DNA of 64,000 bases from Clostridia bacterium (GTDB lineage Bacteria > Bacillota > Clostridia > TANB77 > CAG-508), in the NCBI GenBank assembly GCA_900759015.1, contig CAAEUE010000014.1, positions 22,904 through 86,903 of the forward strand, in the 5' to 3' direction. Of the stretch, positions 1 through 9,124 are shown piece by piece; the stretch's first letter is position 1, and each line of letters starts with the position of its first letter. Made by a program: the position numbers and the translations under genes. The notes under the pieces are model-generated. The model saw only the letters and a list, made by a program, of their open reading frames with translations. It ran no database searches and was not told the DNA's origin.

Positions 1-8
1 GAACACCA

Positions 9-1076
9 ATGGAAGATACTGAAAAAATAATAGATATAGTATTAAATTCTATAAAATTATTAGATGGAGTAAAAGGTGAAACTGCAATTTCAAAACAAGA
101 AAGTGAAATAAATAGTGAATCGGAAATAGAAAAGAATATAAAATTAGCTAAAAGTCAATATGAAAAAGGAAACATAAAAGAATGTATACACATATTAAAT
201 GAGGATATAAAAAAAGTATTAGAAAAAGATCAAAAACTTAAAGATGATGTTTTTTGGAGAGAAATGCCAATTAAACTTTATACAGCTATAATTTTAAATA
301 AGTTTTATAAAAATAAAGACATTTCGTCATATGAATTAAAGAAAATACTTTTAGATAAAAATACAGTAGTTGAAGAAATTAGAGAATACATAAATAATTT
401 TAAGGGAAAGGCCGAATATGATAAGAGCTTAGAAGGAATAGAAGATAAAAAAATGTTAGATGAGTTTATAAAAATTTTATTAGACAATATTTCTGAAAGC
501 CATATGCAAAATAATAAAAAAAAGGAGCCAAGTACACAGCAACTTATGTATGAATACACAAAAATGGCAAATTATAAATTACATGCACAACAAATAAGTT
601 GGCCATTATTAAAAGAATTTCAAGTACAAAATTTAGATAATCAACCACCTGATATTATTATGTTTGCAAGCAGAGCACCATTCTTTATACAAGTAAAGTC
701 TATGGGACCAATGTTGGAAAAAAATTTAGAACAAATGATAGCAAATGAAAATAAAGCATCAATGAATTATTTAAAACAAAGTAATTGTAAAAGAGCAGAG
801 GATAGTATATTCTATTACAAAGATTATAATAATGGTACATTTAATTTTAAAATTTATGTAGTAGATATGATAGAGGAACAATCTTTTAAGAGATTTTTAT
901 CTGCTTATTTTGTGGAACCAAAATTTAAAGATGTATATCAGGTATCTGTTTTATTTAGTTTTGCAGGAAAGCCAGAAACCTTTAAACCGTGGGTTGTTGA
1001 CTTAGAAAATGACGAACTAACAAAATATTTGAATGATATGTTAACACTTATAATGGATAATATAAAATACAAATAA
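9..1076 (+). CDS. hypothetical protein (355 aa); 5' end may lie outside the window
   Basis: Long ORF in AT-rich DNA with no recognisable motif. It ends 14 nt before lemA. Confidence 0.5.
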   Translation: MEDTEKIIDIVLNSIKLLDGVKGETAISKQESEINSESEIEKNIKLAKSQYEKGNIKECIHILNEDIKKVLEKDQKLKDDVFWREMPIKLYTAIILNKFYKNKDISSYELKKILLDKNTVVEEIREYINNFKGKAEYDKSLEGIEDKKMLDEFIKILLDNISESHMQNNKKKEPSTQQLMYEYTKMANYKLHAQQISWPLLKEFQVQNLDNQPPDIIMFASRAPFFIQVKSMGPMLEKNLEQMIANENKASMNYLKQSNCKRAEDSIFYYKDYNNGTFNFKIYVVDMIEEQSFKRFLSAYFVEPKFKDVYQVSVLFSFAGKPETFKPWVVDLENDELTKYLNDMLTLIMDNIKYK

Positions 1077-1089
1077 AAGGAGAAGTAAA

Positions 1090-1641
1090 ATGAGTAATAA
1101 TATATGGATAATTGCAATAGTTGTAGTTGTACTATTAATTTTTATAATAATGTATAATATGATGTTAAAAAGAAGAAATAAAGTAAAAACAGCTTTTTCT
1201 AGTTTGGATGTTATGTTAAAAAAGAGATATGATATAATGCCAAACTTAGTTAGTATGGTACAAAAATATATGCAACATGAAAGTGATGTATTAGTAAAAT
1301 TAACCGAATTAAGAGAAAAAGCAGAAAAAACTAATAACATTAATGAAAGTATAGAATTAAATAAACAAATAGATGGAGCAATGAAACAATTAAATGTAGA
1401 AGTAGAAGGATATCCAAACTTAAGAGCAAGTGAAAACTTCCTACATATGCAAGCAGTTTTAAACGATATTGAAGAACAAATATCAGCTGCAAGAAGAACA
1501 TACAATGCTCATGTAGAAGTATATAATACTTTTATTGGGATGATACCAATGAATATTTTTGCTGCATTATTTAGATTTAAACAATATGAGCAATTTGAAA
1601 TAAGTAATGAAGAAAGAGAAAATCAAATATGGATGAAATAA
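1090..1641 (+). CDS. lemA: LemA family membrane protein
   Basis: N-terminal TM helix followed by the conserved LemA core (KRRNKV..DVMLKKRYDIMPNLV...TELR). RBS GGAGAAG lies 7 nt upstream. Confidence 0.8.
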   Translation: MSNNIWIIAIVVVVLLIFIIMYNMMLKRRNKVKTAFSSLDVMLKKRYDIMPNLVSMVQKYMQHESDVLVKLTELREKAEKTNNINESIELNKQIDGAMKQLNVEVEGYPNLRASENFLHMQAVLNDIEEQISAARRTYNAHVEVYNTFIGMIPMNIFAALFRFKQYEQFEISNEERENQIWMK

Positions 1642-2798
1642 AAAAATTAAAAACAGAAAATGATTTTAAAGATTTTTATGAAAGTAAATATTATGAGGTT
1701 ATAGACAATTATTATGATGAAATAAAAAAAGAACACTTTAAAGAAATCTTAAAGAATATAGGAATTCTTTTTATAGCTATAGTACTATTTTTTGTACTTT
1801 CTGAAGTTTTTAGCTTACCTGAAAAAATAGGATATTATAATTTAATAACTGTAATTTACTTAGTTTTAGCTGTTTATATAACTATAACTTCGATTATAGA
1901 AGATAAGAAAAATTTAGTAAGTGAAGTACGAAAAAAAGTAATGAAAGATATGCTAGCATTTATTGTTAGCGATGATGCTAATAATGTGGTATATGATCAA
2001 AAAATGCAAGTAAGTAAGGAATCTTTTAATAAGGCAGAATTATTTAATTTAGAATTAAAAGATATACGATACAAGGGAGCAAATTATGCAAGATTCAAAT
2101 ACAATAAAAACACTATAGTTTTTTCTGATATAGATATATATTTACGTATTAGGAAAAATGAAGATAAAATGTTTCGTAAGAAGAAAAAAACAATATTTAA
2201 TGGAATTTATGTAGGGGCATCATTTAATAAGAAGAACACAAATCAATTATACTTAATACCAAACAATTTTAAAGATACTTTTTTACAGTCAAAAATAATG
2301 CATTATATAAAATTTAAAGGATATAATGTAAAATTAGAAAATTTGGAATTTAGTAAGAAATATAAAGTATTTTGTGATGATGAGGTACAAGCAAGGTACA
2401 TTTTATCTTTAAGTTTAATGGAAAAAATTAATAATTTAGATAAAGTTTTTCCTACAAAAAAATATATTGTATTTAAACAAGGAAGAAGATTTTGTATATG
2501 TATAGAAAATTCTACTATCGAAAAAGCTATGGACAATTTATTTGGATTATTTAGACATAAAAGAAATGAATATAAAAAGTTGGATAAACTTTATAAATAT
2601 CTATATGATTTAATAAATATTTATAATATTCTAGATTTGGGTAATGATTTGTATGTAAAGCATATGCAAAAAGAGAAGGCTTTACCAAATACAAATAAAG
2701 CTACAGTTACAAAGACGACTAATAATATTCAACAAAAAGTAAAAAAAGAAAAGCCTATAGAAAGAAAACTTAGTAAAGAAGAATTTTTAGATAATTAA
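1629..2798 (+). CDS. LemA-associated membrane protein (DUF3137-like), 389 aa
   Basis: Its start overlaps the lemA stop (ATGGATGAAATAA coupling). Two central TM helices. This architecture is typically found next to lemA. Confidence 0.5.
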   Translation: MDEIKKLKTENDFKDFYESKYYEVIDNYYDEIKKEHFKEILKNIGILFIAIVLFFVLSEVFSLPEKIGYYNLITVIYLVLAVYITITSIIEDKKNLVSEVRKKVMKDMLAFIVSDDANNVVYDQKMQVSKESFNKAELFNLELKDIRYKGANYARFKYNKNTIVFSDIDIYLRIRKNEDKMFRKKKKTIFNGIYVGASFNKKNTNQLYLIPNNFKDTFLQSKIMHYIKFKGYNVKLENLEFSKKYKVFCDDEVQARYILSLSLMEKINNLDKVFPTKKYIVFKQGRRFCICIENSTIEKAMDNLFGLFRHKRNEYKKLDKLYKYLYDLINIYNILDLGNDLYVKHMQKEKALPNTNKATVTKTTNNIQQKVKKEKPIERKLSKEEFLDN

Positions 2799-2832
2799 GC
2801 TGTGATATAAATCTATGTGATGATTAAGATTC

Positions 2833-2871
2833 AAAAAACAAGAAGTTTTTTATAAACTTCTTGTTTTTTTG
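2833..2871. terminator. bidirectional rho-independent terminator between the lemA operon and serS
   Basis: aacaagaagtt/aacttcttgtt stem with T-run on + and A-run upstream. Confidence 0.7.
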
Positions 2872-2899
2872 AATGCTATTAAGAATGTAAATTAAAATA

Positions 2900-2952
2900 G
2901 GGATTTAAGGAACGTCCCCAAATCCCTCCTAGAAACATGCCAAAATCCCTAT
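2900..2952. repeat. GGGACG-loop palindromic intergenic repeat (one full copy plus a half copy)
   Basis: gggatttaaggaacgtccccaaatccc, then ccaaaatccctattttt. Same family as at 4885, 14450, 21196, 26307, 33862 and 45079. Confidence 0.7.
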
Positions 2953-2956
2953 TTTT

Positions 2957-4240
2957 CTATTTTACTGTAATTTTTTCTAATCCACCCATATATGGTCTTA
3001 ATACTTCTGGAATAATTACACTTCCATCTGGTTGATAGTTATTTTCCATAATAGAAATTAGCATACGTGGTGGAGCAACAACAGTGTTGTTTAATGTATG
3101 TGCAAAATAGTTTCCTTTTTCGCCTTTTATTCTAATACCTAATCTACGAGCTTGTGCATCTGTTAAGTTAGAACAACTTCCAACTTCAAAATATTTCTTT
3201 TGTCTTGGGCTCCAAGCTTCTACATCACAAGATTTAGCTTTTAAGTCTGCTAAATCACCACTACAACATTCAAGTGTTCTTACAGGTATGTTCATACTTC
3301 TAAAGAATTCTACTGTGTATGACCACATTTTATTATACCAATCCCAAGAATCTTCTGGTTCACATACAACAATCATTTCTTGTTTTTCAAATTGGTGAAT
3401 TCTATATACACCACGTTCTTCTAGTCCATGTGCACCTTTTTCTTTTCTAAAACAAGGAGAATAAGATGTCATTGTATATGGCATATCTTCTTTTTTTAGA
3501 ATTTGACCTTTAAATTTTCCAATCATAGAATGTTCACTTGTACCAATTAAGTATAAATCTTCTCCTTCGATTTTATACATCATTGCATCCATTTCTTCAA
3601 AACTCATAACACCTGTTACTACATCACTTCTAATCATATAAGGTGGTATACAATAAGTAAAACCTTTATTAATCATGAAGTCTCTTGCATATGTTAAAAC
3701 AGCAGAATGTAATCTTGCAACATCTCCCATTAAGTAATAGAAACCTTGACCTGCAACACGTCTTGCGCTGTCTAAGTCTAATCCGCCTAAAGCTTCTAAA
3801 ATTTCACCATGGAATGGAATTTCATAATCTGGAACTACAGGTTCTCCAAATCTTTCAATTTCTACATTTTCGCTATCATCTTTTCCTATTGGAACAGACT
3901 CATGCATGATATTTGGAATTTTCATCATCCTTGTCTTAATTTCTTCTGCATATTTATTTTCTAGTGCTTCATTTTCTTCTAGTTTGCTGTTAATTTCTTG
4001 AACTTCAGCTTTTATTTTTTCTGCTTCATCTTTTTGTCCATTTCTCATTAAATTACCAATTTCAGCACTTAGTGTTTTTCTTTTATTTCTTAATTCGTCA
4101 CCAGCAAGTGTAGCTTCTCTAGATTTTTTGTCTAAATCTATAACTTCATCAACTAAAACTAGTTTTTCATCTTGAAATTTTTTCTTTATATTTTCCTTTA
4201 CAATGTCAGGATTTTCTCTTAAAAATTTAATATCTATCAT
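2957..4240 (-). CDS. serS: seryl-tRNA synthetase
   Basis: 427 aa. N-terminal coiled-coil arm and class II core motifs (FRKEKGAHG...GLxRVHQFEK-like). Standard SerRS length. Confidence 0.95.
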   Translation of the reverse strand: MIDIKFLRENPDIVKENIKKKFQDEKLVLVDEVIDLDKKSREATLAGDELRNKRKTLSAEIGNLMRNGQKDEAEKIKAEVQEINSKLEENEALENKYAEEIKTRMMKIPNIMHESVPIGKDDSENVEIERFGEPVVPDYEIPFHGEILEALGGLDLDSARRVAGQGFYYLMGDVARLHSAVLTYARDFMINKGFTYCIPPYMIRSDVVTGVMSFEEMDAMMYKIEGEDLYLIGTSEHSMIGKFKGQILKKEDMPYTMTSYSPCFRKEKGAHGLEERGVYRIHQFEKQEMIVVCEPEDSWDWYNKMWSYTVEFFRSMNIPVRTLECCSGDLADLKAKSCDVEAWSPRQKKYFEVGSCSNLTDAQARRLGIRIKGEKGNYFAHTLNNTVVAPPRMLISIMENNYQPDGSVIIPEVLRPYMGGLEKITVK

Positions 4241-4278
4241 ATTAATTCCCCCTAAATATTATTTTTATAATTAAAAAT

Positions 4279-4506
4279 TTAATTTTGAACTATTTCGAAT
4301 CTATGTTTTTGTCCTGTGATATTATCTGGTCTTTCTGGAATTTCTGCTAAAAAATCTTTTTCTGGTCTTACCCAAATCTTTCCATCTTCTTTATGATTAT
4401 ATACAACCATTCTTTCTTGAGTTTCCGAATCTAAAGCTACATTTAATACTTGATGATAAGTTCCTTTGAAATGTCTGTAAGTTTTTCCAATTTCTACATG
4501 GCTCAT
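4279..4506 (-). CDS. small DUF1653-like protein (75 aa), first gene of the serS operon
   Basis: MSHVEIGKTYRHFKGTYHQVLNVA...WVRPEKDF pattern. RBS GGAGG lies 8 nt upstream of the ATG at 4506. The ORF-track start further upstream lacks an RBS. Confidence 0.6.
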   Translation of the reverse strand: MSHVEIGKTYRHFKGTYHQVLNVALDSETQERMVVYNHKEDGKIWVRPEKDFLAEIPERPDNITGQKHRFEIVQN

Positions 4507-4574
4507 AAAAATACCTCCATTATATAAAATATATTCTAACAAATTGGACTAAAACAAGTACAATTTAATTTAGA

Positions 4575-4800
4575 CAAACAAAAATCGTCCTTATATAAAA
4601 ATATAAGGACGAATATAATCCGCGGTGCCACCTTAAGTTATTATAAAAATAATACACTCAATTAGTAGGGTAACCGCCTAACTTACGGTTTAGTTTTCAC
4701 TAAAAACATCTAAGAGTAGATTCGCATATAAATTTTATTTACTTACACCACCCGTAAACTCTCTTAAAAAATTAAATATGTTACTATTCTCTTATCAAAC
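4575..4800 (-). promoter_or_regulatory. T-box leader (probable Ser specifier) controlling the DUF1653-serS operon
   Basis: On the minus strand there is an AGAGAG stem I motif, a candidate specifier AAUCUAC (UCU=Ser), the T-box core AACUUAAGGUGGCACCGCGG (plus strand 4621-4640) and then a terminator hairpin CGUCCUUAUAU/AUAUAAGGACG with a U-run (4578-4612). Confidence 0.75.
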
Positions 4801-4884
4801 GTTTATATTAATATGTAACACATTTTAACATAATATGTATGAATATTCAATAAAAATTGTAAAAAATTATTATATGAATTTGAT

Positions 4885-4912
4885 GGGGATTTAGGGACGT
4901 TGTTTAAATCCC
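4885..4912. repeat. GGGACG-loop palindromic repeat
   Basis: ggggatttagggacgttgtttaaatccc, immediately upstream of the promoter of the 4986 ORF. Confidence 0.7.
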
Positions 4913-4921
4913 TATTGGATA

Positions 4922-4957
4922 CTTGGAAAATTATGTTAAGTATGGTATAATAAAATG
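4922..4957 (+). promoter_or_regulatory. sigma-A-like promoter of the GC-rich islet
   Basis: TTGGAA, 17-nt spacer, TGgTATAAT (extended -10). Confidence 0.5.
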
Positions 4958-4985
4958 CAGAAAAATTGAAGGAGGACTTTAAACA

Positions 4986-5336
4986 ATGAGAGAGTCAAGG
5001 AAAAATAGCGAGAAGCTATTCTTACTGAAGGTATGCTTACCTACAGTGTATGAGGAAATAGGAGATGATGGAGTCCAAGCAATAGAACAGGGCTGGGCTA
5101 AAGAACAGGATTATAGATTTATAAATGATCTTGTTCAAAAGTATGTAGCAAAAGCTACAAAAGAAGTAATTTCGTATGAGGGCAGTATGAAGGAGAAGAT
5201 AGCATTAATCAAAACCTTTAACTACTTCTTATATGCGTATATTGAGAGAAAAAGCCCAAAAACGCTGGAAGAACTTGAGGAGTTTGTTAAAGAATACTAT
5301 AGCAATGTTGGAAAAGCAGTCAAATTAGGAGGTTAA
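4986..5336 (+). CDS. hypothetical protein, 116 aa, on a higher-GC islet
   Basis: RBS GAAGGAGG. GC is visibly higher than in flanking DNA. No recognisable motif. Confidence 0.55.
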   Translation: MRESRKNSEKLFLLKVCLPTVYEEIGDDGVQAIEQGWAKEQDYRFINDLVQKYVAKATKEVISYEGSMKEKIALIKTFNYFLYAYIERKSPKTLEELEEFVKEYYSNVGKAVKLGG

Positions 5337-5340
5337 GGTT

Positions 5341-5916
5341 ATGTTCAACAAAATCGACAAGATGTCACGCAAAGATTTGGAGGAAGCAATACGTGAGTAT
5401 AAGGATTTCTCCAAGTATAGTCGGAAAGATCTGGAGAAGGAATTAAGAGTTCTTCTTCCAGATATTAATTTGAACGAATTTTCTGACCAGGAGTTGGAAG
5501 ATTTGCTAAGAAGCAATTATACATTCGAGGACTATAGCACCGAAGAGCTTCGGGAAGAAGCAAGGAGACATGAACGCTTCGAAGAGTGGACCAGAGAGGA
5601 GCTCGAAGAAGATTATGAACAGTTAGAGCAGCCACAATCAAAGGTTGAACGATATAAGACTATAAGATGGATTCTTATAGCAGTGCTCTGTGCTTTTTTA
5701 GGATACTACTATGGAAGCATGAATACAAAGCTTGAATATCTCGAACAGAGGACCGAGCAACTGCAGCAGGAGCTTACTGTGATGGAACAGGAAAATAATC
5801 TGTTAGAAGACAGAGTTGATACTCTGTCAGATATTATAGATTTGATAATAATCTATGTAACGTCTGACGAGCTTCCGGGAGCAGAAAATCCGGGTACATC
5901 AGCACAAATCATCTAA
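5341..5916 (+). CDS. hypothetical acidic coiled-coil protein with one TM helix, 191 aa, on the higher-GC islet
   Basis: RBS GGAGG 6 nt upstream. Glu/Arg-rich N-terminal half, a TM segment IRWILIAVLCAFLGYYYG and a C-terminal leucine-heptad region. Confidence 0.55.
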   Translation: MFNKIDKMSRKDLEEAIREYKDFSKYSRKDLEKELRVLLPDINLNEFSDQELEDLLRSNYTFEDYSTEELREEARRHERFEEWTREELEEDYEQLEQPQSKVERYKTIRWILIAVLCAFLGYYYGSMNTKLEYLEQRTEQLQQELTVMEQENNLLEDRVDTLSDIIDLIIIYVTSDELPGAENPGTSAQII

Positions 5917-5940
5917 AGAACCAAAACTTCACATCTTTTT

Positions 5941-5960
5941 CCCCTGGCGAAAGCCAGGGG
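5941..5960 (+). terminator. GC-rich GNRA-tetraloop hairpin (CCCCTGGC-GAAA-GCCAGGGG) ending the islet
   Basis: Perfect 8-bp G/C stem with a GAAA loop, atypical for this AT-rich genome. A weak T-tract follows. Confidence 0.5.
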
Positions 5961-5995
5961 CATTTCCATTTTAGAGAATAAAATTTAAGAAAAAA

Positions 5996-6035
5996 CGAAA
6001 TTTTGTTTGACAAACAAAAAATCATATGATAGTAT
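5996..6035 (+). promoter_or_regulatory. lexA promoter with an overlapping degenerate Cheo/LexA box
   Basis: CGAAATTTTGTTTG (12/14 to CGAACnnnnGTTCG) overlaps TTGACA (6007-6012). A 17-nt spacer then TAGTAT (6030-6035). Confidence 0.5.
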
Positions 6036-6064
6036 GTAAAAAAATAAAGTGGAGGCGTGAACAA

Positions 6065-6706
6065 GTGAAAAAAGATAAAAGTGATTTAAATAAAAGAGAG
6101 GTAGCAATCTTAAACTTTATATCAAAACAAATAAAAGCAAACCAATATCCACCATCAGTAAGAGAAATTTGTAAAGCTGTAGGACTAAATTCAACAGCAA
6201 CAGTACATGGATATTTAGAGAAATTAGAGCAAAAAGGTTATATAAGAAAAGAATCTCAAAAAGGAAGAGCATTAAGAGTTGTTAATGAAGATGATGTTAT
6301 AAGAAAACCAAAAGATTTATATTCTGGTAAAGAATTAGTAGATGTACCAGTTGTAGGAAAAATAACTGCAGGTGCACCAATTTTAGCAGTAGAAAATATA
6401 ACAGATACTTTCCCAATTCCTTTAGACTTCGTAGGAAATTCAGAAAGCTTTATGCTAACTGTTAGAGGAGAAAGTATGATAGAAGCAGGTATTTTAGATG
6501 GTGACTATATATTAGTAAAACAACAAAATACTGCAGAAAATGGTGAAATTGTTGTAGCTTTAATAGATGACGAAGCAACAGTAAAAACATTCTATAAAGA
6601 AAAAGATTATATAAGATTACAACCAGAGAATCATACAATGGCTCCAATAATTGTTCCAGATTGTAAAATACTTGGTAAAGTAGCCGGCGTATTTAGAAAA
6701 ATGTAG
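6065..6706 (+). CDS. lexA: LexA repressor
   Basis: Winged-helix N-terminus, S24 peptidase C-terminus with Ala-Gly cleavage site (GKITAGAP), Ser (RGESM) and Lys ([12 protein letters not shown]). GTG start sits 9 nt after GGAGG. The ORF-track ATG at 6026 precedes the promoter -10. Confidence 0.9.
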   Translation: MKKDKSDLNKREVAILNFISKQIKANQYPPSVREICKAVGLNSTATVHGYLEKLEQKGYIRKESQKGRALRVVNEDDVIRKPKDLYSGKELVDVPVVGKITAGAPILAVENITDTFPIPLDFVGNSESFMLTVRGESMIEAGILDGDYILVKQQNTAENGEIVVALIDDEATVKTFYKEKDYIRLQPENHTMAPIIVPDCKILGKVAGVFRKM

Positions 6707-6755
6707 TATAAAATAAAACAACTTAAGACATAATATATTTTAGGTGAATATATTA

Positions 6756-6920
6756 TGAAAAAAGAAAAAGAGATTAACGAAATAGAAGTTGGGGAAGATG
6801 TAAGTAGAAATGGTGAATTCATACCAACAAAATTTGCGTGGATAAGCTTAGGCTTTCAAAAAGAGAATGCAAAGCGCTTACAAAATATAACCAAAAAAGA
6901 TGATAAACATAGTAAGTAAA
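6756..6920 (+). CDS. small basic protein (54 aa) downstream of lexA
   Basis: RBS AGGTGA 7 nt upstream. MKKEKEINEIEVGEDVSRNGEFIPTKFAWISLGFQKENAKRLQNITKKDDKHSK. Not in the ORF track (under 60 aa). Confidence 0.35.
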
Positions 6921-7060
6921 TATAATAGGAATTAAATGTGGTTTTATTAGTAGAAAGGAATTTAAATTTCATTTCTGCAATTTAATAAATCCACATTTTT
7001 TACTTGAAAGACAACCTAAAAAATGATAAAATGAAAACGTTAGAAAAGGAGGAAGTAAGT

Positions 7061-7402
7061 ATGGATAGTAAAAGCAAAGAAATCTATTCTGAACTTAGTG
7101 CTTTTTTGGATAGTATAGATGAAGAAAGAAGAAACAAAATACCAGAAGACTTAAGGGAATTAATTAATAGTAAAAAAGACGATAATTATACACCTAAATA
7201 TCCAAAAGGAACTCCTTTAGAAAAATTAAAAATGAAAAAAGAAACAAAGGATATGGTTAATTTACTAAACTTTAATTATTGGTGTGAAAACGAACAACAA
7301 CGAAAAGAATTAATGGAACGAATAGCAAATGGCAAGAAAAATGAAGGGGCAAAAGTAAATGCATTCGATAAAATAAAAAATATATTTAAAAAGAAAAGCT
7401 AA
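7061..7402 (+). CDS. hypothetical protein (113 aa)
   Basis: RBS AAAGGAGG 8 nt before the ATG at 7061. The ORF-track start at 7004 lacks an RBS. Confidence 0.5.
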   Translation: MDSKSKEIYSELSAFLDSIDEERRNKIPEDLRELINSKKDDNYTPKYPKGTPLEKLKMKKETKDMVNLLNFNYWCENEQQRKELMERIANGKKNEGAKVNAFDKIKNIFKKKS

Positions 7403-7420
7403 AAGCTTTTCTTTTTTGTA

Positions 7421-9121
7421 TTAAATAATATTAAATTGGCTCTTATACATATTATAATATGCTCCTTTTTTATTAATTAATTCATCATGAGTTCCAACTT
7501 CTACAATATTACCATTTTCTATAAAAACAATAAAATCGCAGTTCTTTATTGTAGATAATCTGTGTGCAATAATTATTGATGTAGAATTTTCTGTTAATTT
7601 TAAAATAGCTTTTTTTATCATATCCTCAGTTAGTAAATCAATATTACTTGTAGCTTCATCCAAAATTAAGATGGGCGGTTTTATTAGCATAATTCTGGCA
7701 ATGTTTAATAACTGTACTTCTCCTTCAGAAAGCATATCAGAATTTGATATATACGTATCATAGCCATCAGGTAATTTTTCTATAAAAGAATCAGCAAAAG
7801 CTAATTTAGCTGCTTGTTTAATTTCTTCTATACTTGCACTAGGTTTTCCATATGCAATATTTTCACTTATAGTACCTTGAAAAATCTTAGTATCTTGAAG
7901 AACCATACCGATATTTTTTCTTAAATTATCAATATTAATCTCTTTTATATTTGTATTATCAATTAATATTTCACCACTAGATATTTCATAAAATCTATTT
8001 AATAAATTAATTATTGTAGTTTTACCAGAACCTGTTTTGCCAACTATAGCAATACTTTTTCCATTAGGAATATATAAATTAAAATCCTGTATAAAAGGTT
8101 TATCAGTATACGAAAAATATACATTTTTAAATTCTATAGAATAATTAGGTTTTTCTGGCAGTTTAATACTATTACTAGAAGGTAGATTTTCTATACTAGG
8201 AGTAGTTATAAATTTTAAAATCCTTTTGTAAGAAGCAATAGCAGTTTGGATTTCACTAAACACAGCTGTTATCTCGTTAAATGGTCTAGTAAACAAATTT
8301 GTATATATTAAAAAAGTAGAGATATTACCAATTGTTAAATTTCCATTTTTACAAAATATAATTCCAAGCATAGCAATTATTATATAAGAAAGGTTTGAAA
8401 CAAACCTAGTACTTGGATTTGTAAGTGAAGAATAAAACTGCGTTTTATACCCATAGTTATATAATTCAGAATTTTTTTCTTTAAAATTTTTGCTAGATAT
8501 TTCATTATAATTAAAATTATCGAAAGTCTTTTTACCACTTATTAATTCATCAGTATATGCATTTAACTTTGCTAATAAATTGGCTCGTTTAACAAACATA
8601 TTATTTGTATGTGAAACAATATATTTAGATATAGCAAACATTAGTAAAGATAAGGCTATAAGTAAAACTGTTAAAGGTATATTTAAATTTATCATTATAT
8701 AAGTAGCTAATATAATTGTAAATATTCCACTTATAATTTTAGAAACACTTTGTATGGTTCCATTAGAAATATTCTCTATATCTGTAGAAAACATGTTTAT
8801 AATTTCGCCTTTTTCAAAGTTTTCTAAAATAGATAGAGGTAAATTATTTATTTTATTAAAAAGAAGAGTCCTAATATTTCGAGAAAGTTTTGTTGCATAA
8901 CTAGTTAAAAAATAATTTAATAAAAAATTACTAATAAATAGAAAAATAAATATTAGAGCAAGACTAATAAAATAATTTATTAAAGTTGTATTTGTCCCTA
9001 GTTTATCTATTAAATTACCTATTATAACAGGATAAGTAATACTTAAGCCTGCAGAAAGGATAGAAAATATAATTATTAATAAAATATAAAATTTAGAAAA
9101 CTTAAATTTAAATAATTTCAT
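7421..9121 (-). CDS. ABC transporter, fused permease/ATP-binding subunit (exporter type)
   Basis: Six TM helices N-terminally. Walker A GKTGSGKTT, ABC signature LSEGEVQLL and Walker B ILILDEATS. Confidence 0.85.
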   Translation of the reverse strand: MKLFKFKFSKFYILLIIIFSILSAGLSITYPVIIGNLIDKLGTNTTLINYFISLALIFIFLFISNFLLNYFLTSYATKLSRNIRTLLFNKINNLPLSILENFEKGEIINMFSTDIENISNGTIQSVSKIISGIFTIILATYIMINLNIPLTVLLIALSLLMFAISKYIVSHTNNMFVKRANLLAKLNAYTDELISGKKTFDNFNYNEISSKNFKEKNSELYNYGYKTQFYSSLTNPSTRFVSNLSYIIIAMLGIIFCKNGNLTIGNISTFLIYTNLFTRPFNEITAVFSEIQTAIASYKRILKFITTPSIENLPSSNSIKLPEKPNYSIEFKNVYFSYTDKPFIQDFNLYIPNGKSIAIVGKTGSGKTTIINLLNRFYEISSGEILIDNTNIKEINIDNLRKNIGMVLQDTKIFQGTISENIAYGKPSASIEEIKQAAKLAFADSFIEKLPDGYDTYISNSDMLSEGEVQLLNIARIMLIKPPILILDEATSNIDLLTEDMIKKAILKLTENSTSIIIAHRLSTIKNCDFIVFIENGNIVEVGTHDELINKKGAYYNMYKSQFNII

Positions 9122-9124
9122 AAA

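Noticed and set aside
1041-1505. 154-aa minus-strand ORF across the lemA region
   Set aside because: It is antisense to lemA, which has clear family motifs, and the frame is a low-complexity Leu/Ile/Phe shadow.
3685-3909. Antisense ORF-track entries inside serS, and the same class inside the ABC transporters (9183-9440, 9630-9863), clpC (20551-21087), ileS (31292-31534, 31501-31725, 32056-32265, 32729-32935, 33410-33760), queA (37093-37284), tgt (40351-40601) and others
   Set aside because: They overlap strongly supported genes on the opposite strand, have low-complexity composition and lack an RBS. They are shadow ORFs.
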